This document shows positions 57,290 to 64,000 of a stretch of 64,000 bases of DNA, one piece after another. The stretch is from Cladosporium halotolerans (taxonomy: Eukaryota): positions 124,001-188,000 of the forward strand of contig NW_027191461.1 in NCBI RefSeq assembly GCF_011745625.1. Reading direction: 5' to 3'. The position numbers and the translations under genes are program-made. Below the pieces are notes generated by a model. The model searched no databases, was not told the origin of the DNA, and saw nothing but the letters and a program-made list of their open reading frames with translations. Position 1 is the first letter of the stretch. Each line of letters opens with the position of its first letter.

Positions 57290-59098
57290 TCAAAAGCAGA
57301 ACATCACGCCGTGCGCCCCCACGTTGTCGCCGGCGTCCTCCCTCTGCACCTCGCGCGCCTTCTGTCGGCTCGCGGCGCTGGGGCTGTGAGGGCTGGCGTT
57401 GGCGGCGCGCTTGCCGTCCTTGGCCGAGCCGGCCGTGCTCGTCGTCTTGACCAGGTCGAGGCCGTTCAAGCCGCCGCCGCTGGCGTTCCGCTCTTCCGCG
57501 GGCGTGATGGCGTCGTCGTCGTGCGCGCAGGAGCCCGAGGACGACGTCTCGGAGAAGATGGAGGAGGGGGAGGTTTGCTGCTCGGCGGGGGCGGGCTCGC
57601 TGTCGGTCTCGGTCGGAGAAGTGGTCGCGTCCTCTTCTTTGTCGAAGTCGTGCGCTTCGTAGGTTGGGGGTTGCAGGCGCCAGTCTTCGAGGCGCTCGGC
57701 GCGCCAGTTGATGCGCATGCGCTTGCCGTTGCAGATGACGATGTCGCTGGCGCGGACGGCGTCGGCCATGAGGAGGGGCGCGCAGCGGCGGACGTAGCGG
57801 CGGACTTGGGTCGAGGTGCGCACGTGGGGAGGCTGCCATTTTCCGTCGGGGCTGAAGTTGGTGGGCGCGGTTTCGTAGACGTTCTGGGAAGTGGATAATG
57901 CGGAGGAGGCGGTGGTTGTTCGAGAATATGGAGGGCGGCTGGATGTGGAAGTCGTTGTGGGAGTGAGTGGATTGTGTTCGTTGAAGTCCTCGCGAATGGC
58001 GGAGAGGTCGATTTCTTCCTCTTCTCGCACAGGTGCGCTCAAAGGAATCGTCTCTGTGATCTGTTCGGGAGCTGTTGCGGTAGTGGCATTTGAATTCGCC
58101 TCGTTGCCGTGCTCACCAAACGAAGGACACATCTGCTGCAAGAGGCGCTCCTGCTCAGCGATGACCTCAGGGTTGGTGATGTCGTTGTTCGCAGGCGCTT
58201 GCGGTCGTCGCCTGCGGCGAGGTACTGTGCACTGCTTCGAAATATTCCGCTCATCGATCGCAGGAGCAAGATCGATACCAGCGCCGATGTCGTGGATCAA
58301 GTCAAGAATCGCATCTTCGCTCTTGTGCGCCAGCAAGATCTGATCGGTCTCGAGACGCAACCTCATGATAAACTGCTCCTCTGCTCTGAACAATTGAGGG
58401 TCCTTCTTATAAGCCTTGTTCTGGGCAGCCTTTGGGATCAGATGAGCGAGCTTGCTGTTGGGAACGAGCACTTCGTGGAAAGCGTCAGGAGCCAGACCGA
58501 TCTCTGCGTGCTGCAGGGTGTAGGATCGCAGCAGCCTGTGCGGTTTGCCATCTTTGGTGACGCGGTGAAAGTTAAGCAGCGTCCCTCTGACCTCGACGAA
58601 AATGTCCCTCCACTCGCTCTGCGCAACGCCATGCAACGGGCTGACGGATTCCATGTTGACGAGCATCCTGACGCCGGCTGACACGGTGCAACTGTACTCC
58701 GGCAGAGCCTCCCTGCCGCCATCGTTGCCTCGCCGTGAAACAGGCTTCCGTTGTGCGGCAGACGCGTAGCTCGGTGGGCTGTCCGAGGCCGGCGAGCAGG
58801 TCGTTTGGAATGAGTTGAAGTAACTCTGAGCCTTTCGCGCGGGTCTCGTCGTTGCCGTTCCAGCAACGCTATTAGTGTTTGGATCTTGCGGCGCAGCTGG
58901 CGCCGCCGACGGAATCGTGCCTTCCGTTTCCAAGATTGTCACAGCCAGCTGGCTCAAGACTTGAGCTTGGCCCTGGCTCTCTGAGTTCGCCATGTGAGCC
59001 GTTTGAAGAGACCGCTGTGCGAGGTGCAGCTTGTGCAGCTCTTGCAGTCTCCGTGCGATCTCGTCCCTGCCAGCTTCGATTTCAGACCGGGACAGCAT
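57290..59098 (-). CDS. Fungal PH-domain protein with PY-like motifs
   Basis: 602 aa single-exon ORF with PPSY, LPEYSCTV, EWRDIFVEVRGTLL, RSYTLQHAEIGLA, RLRLETDQILL, AGIDLAPAIDER and PPTY. Confidence 0.75.
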   Translation of the reverse strand: MLSRSEIEAGRDEIARRLQELHKLHLAQRSLQTAHMANSESQGQAQVLSQLAVTILETEGTIPSAAPAAPQDPNTNSVAGTATTRPARKAQSYFNSFQTTCSPASDSPPSYASAAQRKPVSRRGNDGGREALPEYSCTVSAGVRMLVNMESVSPLHGVAQSEWRDIFVEVRGTLLNFHRVTKDGKPHRLLRSYTLQHAEIGLAPDAFHEVLVPNSKLAHLIPKAAQNKAYKKDPQLFRAEEQFIMRLRLETDQILLAHKSEDAILDLIHDIGAGIDLAPAIDERNISKQCTVPRRRRRPQAPANNDITNPEVIAEQERLLQQMCPSFGEHGNEANSNATTATAPEQITETIPLSAPVREEEEIDLSAIREDFNEHNPLTPTTTSTSSRPPYSRTTTASSALSTSQNVYETAPTNFSPDGKWQPPHVRTSTQVRRYVRRCAPLLMADAVRASDIVICNGKRMRINWRAERLEDWRLQPPTYEAHDFDKEEDATTSPTETDSEPAPAEQQTSPSSIFSETSSSGSCAHDDDAITPAEERNASGGGLNGLDLVKTTSTAGSAKDGKRAANASPHSPSAASRQKAREVQREDAGDNVGAHGVMFCF

Positions 59099-59785
59099 GG
59101 TGAAGTGAAAGCCGGCCGGTAGAGGCGACCGGGTCGTTTTCGGTCAAGTGATGTCCTTGCACCTTAGGCGGCGCGTGGTGTCGGTGAAAGTGTGGGGAAG
59201 TGCGCGTGGTCGATCCGGAGTGGTGGGACCCGCCCAGGTAGTCAACGAAGGCTCATTGCATGCGTTGGCGGTCGTGAAGTTGTGTCGTCGATATTCCCTG
59301 ACGGCAGAGGACGGTGTTGCCAGACGCTGAGTAGTCCGCGAGCGACAGGGTCAGGTGTTATTGAAAGCGAACAAAAGGGCCAGAGCAGAAGACCCCTGCA
59401 GGTGGGCTTGTGCAGGGCAAAGTAAGAACGGGCGGAGAGGGTGGCGGATGCGCGACTTCGAGATCTCGCTTCCTGGGCGAGGCGGGCCGGAGTGCAGCAG
59501 GTTAAGGTGCAGTGAGCAAGCGCTTTTTGCTTGGGTGAGATCCGCCAGGCTGCACGGCGTTCCTCGCGTGGTCTGGTCGAGTGCGTGGCACGCGTGGCCG
59601 TGCGGACTACCGACTTGGTGGAATGTTCGGCTCGGTGCGGTCGGAATAGGGTAGCTGAGGAAGAATGTCTGGTTCCCGCAGCTTTGTAAGACAAAGAAGA
59701 GGATGACCGATTCGCACTCGCGAAGGACCAAGTATTTCTTTCAGGTCTGGCCGGTCCTCAGTAATCGAAGCAAGCTGGCGGCGAG

Positions 59786-59818
59786 TGTTTGTTTGCTTGT
59801 TTGCTTGCTTGCTTGCTT
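59786..59818 (+). repeat. Imperfect (TGYT)n tetranucleotide microsatellite
   Basis: tgtttgtttgcttgtttgcttgcttgcttgctt in the intergenic region upstream of the PH-domain gene. Confidence 0.8.
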
Positions 59819-61634
59819 ACTCGCTCTCGTGGTGGGCGAACGCCAGCGTCGAGCAGTGGGCTAAGGTATCTTGCGCGCGGCGGCATGTGCCGGGTAGCAG
59901 CCACTGTGCCCAAGAGCGCCAGGGCACGGGGCCTAGATCAGGATTCCTCGCCAAGGCGACGCAAGCGAGGTGCTGTCTCAGCGGAGGAGCGCGCACCGTC
60001 GGCGGGTGGCGCAGGTCCAGCTCGCTCTGGGGTCTGGCCGCTGCTGTCGGGCTGGTGAGGTGGCCTGTCTGCTTGGCCGGCGAGGTTGAGACGATAAGGT
60101 GAGCAGTCAGCCGCTCGTGGAGAGGTGAGGAGACGGCGTGCGAAGATATCGCACACGCAGCTGGCCGATAAGCACCCTCTAGTCTCTCGTGTGTGCTCGT
60201 ATGTGGGAAGCAAAATCGGACGGACTGCCGAATGCGGATTGCTGGGCTGGGCGGACAAGCAAAAGCAGAAGCGACTGGGCAACGGGCGACAAACGTGGGA
60301 ATGCGTGTCTGTGTGTCTGTCTGCTCCTGCTGCTCTGGGCGCCGGGCGTTGGCGGCGAGGAAGGCGAGCCGCCTTTTCTTTTCTCCTGCTGTGCGCGGCG
60401 GCGCAAGGGCCCGCCCAAGAAACATGTGAAGGCCGCATTCTCCAGCGTTCCCCACCGCCCATGATCCGCGATTACCACATGGCCTGGCGCGAGGCGGCTG
60501 GCAATTCGCCCGGCCATGTGACGCTCTCCACCGCGCGCTGCCCGCACCCCAGACTGATCGTCGGGGAAAACAAGGCGGGGTGGAGACTTTTGTGTGCCGT
60601 CGCCCGTCTCCAGCCGGAGTCTCCACACCGCACGCAAAGCGCGCCCGGCATTTGCCAGCGAGCGAAGAATTCTCAGCCCCCGTCACGCGAGCCGGGAAAC
60701 ACGTGAGCTCACCGCACGTGATCCAGAGGAATACGAGCAGCACGCAAGGCGCTCACGCGTCTGCCACACCACGGAAGCACACAAGCTTCGCCTGCTCCCA
60801 CGGCGCGGAAGAGAGGCTGTGTGGCCTGGTTGCACGGCCCTGAGCTGAGCTGCGAGACAAGGGCGAGTGGCGGTGCGGGCCACGGTCAGCATGAGATGCC
60901 TTACGTCAAAGCCAACGGTCGCGCGCGCACGTGCGGGCGGAGCAACTCTTTTGGGGATGTCTCAGGTGGAGCTGGGAACGCTCTCTGGCAGGACATCAAG
61001 CTGCGGCCATGAGAGCCGTGAACGGGTTGGTCGTAAGCTTGAGAATAGAGCTTGACGCATATGCTGCTCCTCTCGAAAAGGATAAGCATGAACACAGTGC
61101 CTGAAAGCGTCGTTGCGAATGGATTTAGACGAGTCAATACGACAACGCGGCCATTGTCTCAATTACATACCCAATTTCAAGCCAACCGCATCAACACAGC
61201 CCAATACAACACTGGCGTTCGTGACCAAATCAGAAATCTCTCATCATCAAAGCAGCCTCAGAAAATACACCTGCTGGTCCTTCCAACTCCGCGCCACGAG
61301 AAATAAAAAAAAATCATTAAGTAAATAATTCATCATCCCTCCCAAGGCATCGAACAGCCCTCCTATCCTCCAACACAACAAGCCCGCAATACTGTTGTTC
61401 GTAAGTCAAACTGACTCGATCGCTCGCAAGGCGAAAAAGTCACTTTTCACTCCATCCCGCATAGATACGAGAGGCGCATGTACAAGTCCGGCGGCACGTG
61501 TGCAGCGTCGAATCAATCAATGTAGAGCAGCGAGATGGCCGCGCGCGCGAGCTTATGCCCATAGACGAACCACATTGGTCCCGCTAGACAGCAAACCTCC
61601 AGCCAACGTGCGCGGACGGCCGTCGCTGCACACC

Positions 61635-63388
61635 TCAAGCCGCGGCGACGGCCGTAGTGATCGTGTTCGTCCTGCGCCTGCGCGTCTTGCCCTGGCCCTC
61701 CGTGCGCTGGTTCAGCACGTCGCGCAGGGCCTCGTCGTCGCGGTCTTTGTCGACGTGGTGCACTCTCACGTGTCTGTAGTGTTTCGTCCGTGTCAGCAAC
61801 AAAAACCCCACTAGCGCATGTGACTCGATTAGATGATCACCCACCGCTGTAGATTGTCCGGCCGCGGATACCTGTGCTCGCGCTCCGGGCAGAACGGGCA
61901 GATGTAGCCCGGGCTGTTGTGCACGAGGCCGTGGCGGATCATCTCGTTCTTGCGCTTGAAGCCCTTGCCGCCCTCGGCGCGCGAGCAGCCGGCGACGGGG
62001 CAGTAGTGCGGGCGGCTTTGGCTGTGGACGTTCTTGTGCGAGCTGCGAGGGCGGTCGTCAGTCAGTGTTTGCGGTGGATCTGTCGGTCACGCGGCGTGGG
62101 CGGCTTACTTTAGGAGGTATTGCGTTTGGAAGGTCCCCGCGGTGCAATTGGGCACGTCGCATTTGTAGAGGCCTTGGATCATCATTGGAGCGGGTGCCGG
62201 GGGCAGTGCGTGCATGCCGGGAGGTGGTGGGAGTAACGGCCGAGGAGCGTTCTCTGATACCTGGCCGACGTCGATGGGAGTTGTGTGATTTGTGCTGTAG
62301 CCTTCGGTGCCCGAGCTATGGTATCCTCCGCCGCTTTCGCCGCTTGACGAAGCCGAGTGTAGAGTCGGTATCATCGGAGGCATGCCGTCTGCCATCGATG
62401 GCCGGCGGTGACTGTATGGTCCGAATCCCGGGTAAGCTGGCGGCGACGCATAAGCTGGACTCTCGCCGAGCGTGCTCGTCGGAGAGCGTGCCATTACAGG
62501 CGGGAAATAGGCTTGGGGCGAAGTCTGGACGCTGGCTGGATACGGGTGGTTGGACAGCACAGGGGACTGGGCGTTGGCAGACCCGAAGGACTGACGGTGA
62601 TTATGAGAGAATGCCTGTTGCCGTGGGAGCTCTTGCGTCGCGGCTTCGGCTAGCTCAGTGAGGGTACTTGTCAATTGGTGAATCGAGGGCAACCTTTCGG
62701 CTTGTGGAGATGCAGCAGACGGCGACGGAGGCTCGAATGGAGCGAGATTTTGTTCGACCGCTCCGTGGATTGTGTGCTTCGAAAGAGTCGGCGAAGAGCT
62801 TATTGACTCTCTCCTTAATCCTGCGGGAGCTGCAGTGCCTGAGTCCGAGGTCTTTAGCTTTAATGGCGAAGCTAAGCCAGAGCGTAGTGGAGATTTTTCT
62901 TGAATGGAGGATGAAGCCTCAGCCTGCATGGAGTCCGCCCTCGTCCGCGATGCGAACTGTTTCGATGCGATGATGGGGTCACTTTGAGCCTCTACCGACC
63001 TCAAAGTTTTGGCATGAACAGCTTGCGTGGTGCTTGATTCGCTAGACGCAGCGTCATCATGCGGTTTCGGTGCATCCTGAGCTGTCCGGTGCTCAACAGG
63101 GGCTTCTCCAGCTAGGGGCGGCTCATCTGCTTTGTCCGTCATCATAGGCATGATGCTTGAAGCCGTTTTCTGTGGCTTGGAGGGTGCCTCGACGTTAAAG
63201 CGAAAAATCAGATTCTGCGAGCCAGTGAGGACAGCCAGTCCGGGATCGTATCGAGGATCTTGCGGCGATGAAGATTCCGATGATGAGTAAGACTTTGCTG
63301 AAGGTTCTTGAAGTTCGATTCTGACCTTTACGAGTTCTTCGTTTCTCGGAAGTGCGTGCTGGTCGTCGTAGTACTCGCACTCTGGCAT
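61635..63388 (-). CDS. C2H2 zinc-finger transcription factor (three C-terminal fingers)
   Basis: Exons 63388-62109, 62042-61845 and 61773-61635. Fingers YKCDVPNC..LLNSHKNVH, HYCPVAGC..EMIRHGLVH and YICPFC..NLQRHVRVHH. Start taken as the first in-frame ATG after an upstream stop. Confidence 0.85.
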
Positions 63389-64000
63389 CCAGAGGTCTGG
63401 ATGAGCGTGCTTAGCTACGTTGTCGCTGTCGCGCACAGGGCCTATCCAGACAGCAGGTAATTAAGGGGTGGTAAAATGATTTGACGGCTTTGCGTCTATG
63501 TACTTTGTCAAGAGCCCATATAGGCGTCGGCAGCTGGGTGTATTAAGTCGCACGTGACGAGCTGTGTAAAAGTTGATAGAGTGATTCGGCAGGATACTGT
63601 AGGTTCCTACGTGAATGTCAGTCTGCTAGTATTACGACTATATCACAAGCGTTTCGTAAAGCCGCAAAATAACTATATGCATAGACTAGACGAGATGCGA
63701 TGGCGTGTCATTCGACGCGTGTGCTTGATGCACACCGCTAGCATTGTCCAGCTACTTTCAACGTGAAGAAGGACAAAGGAAGAACGAACGAAGTTCAGGT
63801 ACGGTAGAAGAAATACAAGCATCACAATCGCATGCTCATTGACATAGTAGGACGAGAGACGTACCAGCACATGTCCCACAGCGGGTCCAAACAGCCAGAC
63901 ACGTCCTCCAGTCAAGCTTCGCAAGAGCGCGGGAGCTCTCAGTCGGATGCTGGCACTTTCGAGTGTGGCTCGCAAGAAAGTGGACTGCGCAATGCGTCGC

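Noticed and set aside
59242..60900. 308 aa and other ORFs between the PH-domain and C2H2 genes
   Set aside because: No recognisable domain, mostly non-ATG starts, and GC-rich promoter-like sequence.

Overview
Gene-dense eukaryotic DNA from a filamentous ascomycete. Short GT-AG introns with CTRAC branch sites and a Leptosphaeria-type opsin suggest a Dothideomycete; this taxonomy is an inference. About 28 protein-coding genes can be modelled by hand. Housekeeping genes: SYN8-like SNARE, REV7, importin-9/KAP114, WDR48/UAF1, CEF1, CWC22, NTM1, NNF1, MMT-type CDF transporter, XKS1, ADY2-type transporter, ALDH and an ACSF3-like acyl-CoA synthetase. Regulators: two Myb-like proteins, a C2H2 factor and a PH-domain protein. 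Accessory genes: two SDRs, a GNAT, a Tri101-like acyltransferase, a secreted choice-of-anchor-B-like protein, a small secreted protein, a DUF2196-zinc-finger fusion, an AAA+ ATPase and a DTD-motif proton-pump rhodopsin. I found no rRNA, tRNA, transposon or CRISPR feature. The strongest hidden signal is in the AAA+ ATPase gene, whose reading frame can only be joined by a nested [D1,2] spliceosomal twin intron (stwintron, 55834-55983). Also notable are an inverted GGCTAAA-N10 XlnR-type site upstream of xylulokinase and a recurring C-rich to G-rich skew switch around GC-rich cores. All family calls come from motif recognition, not database searches.
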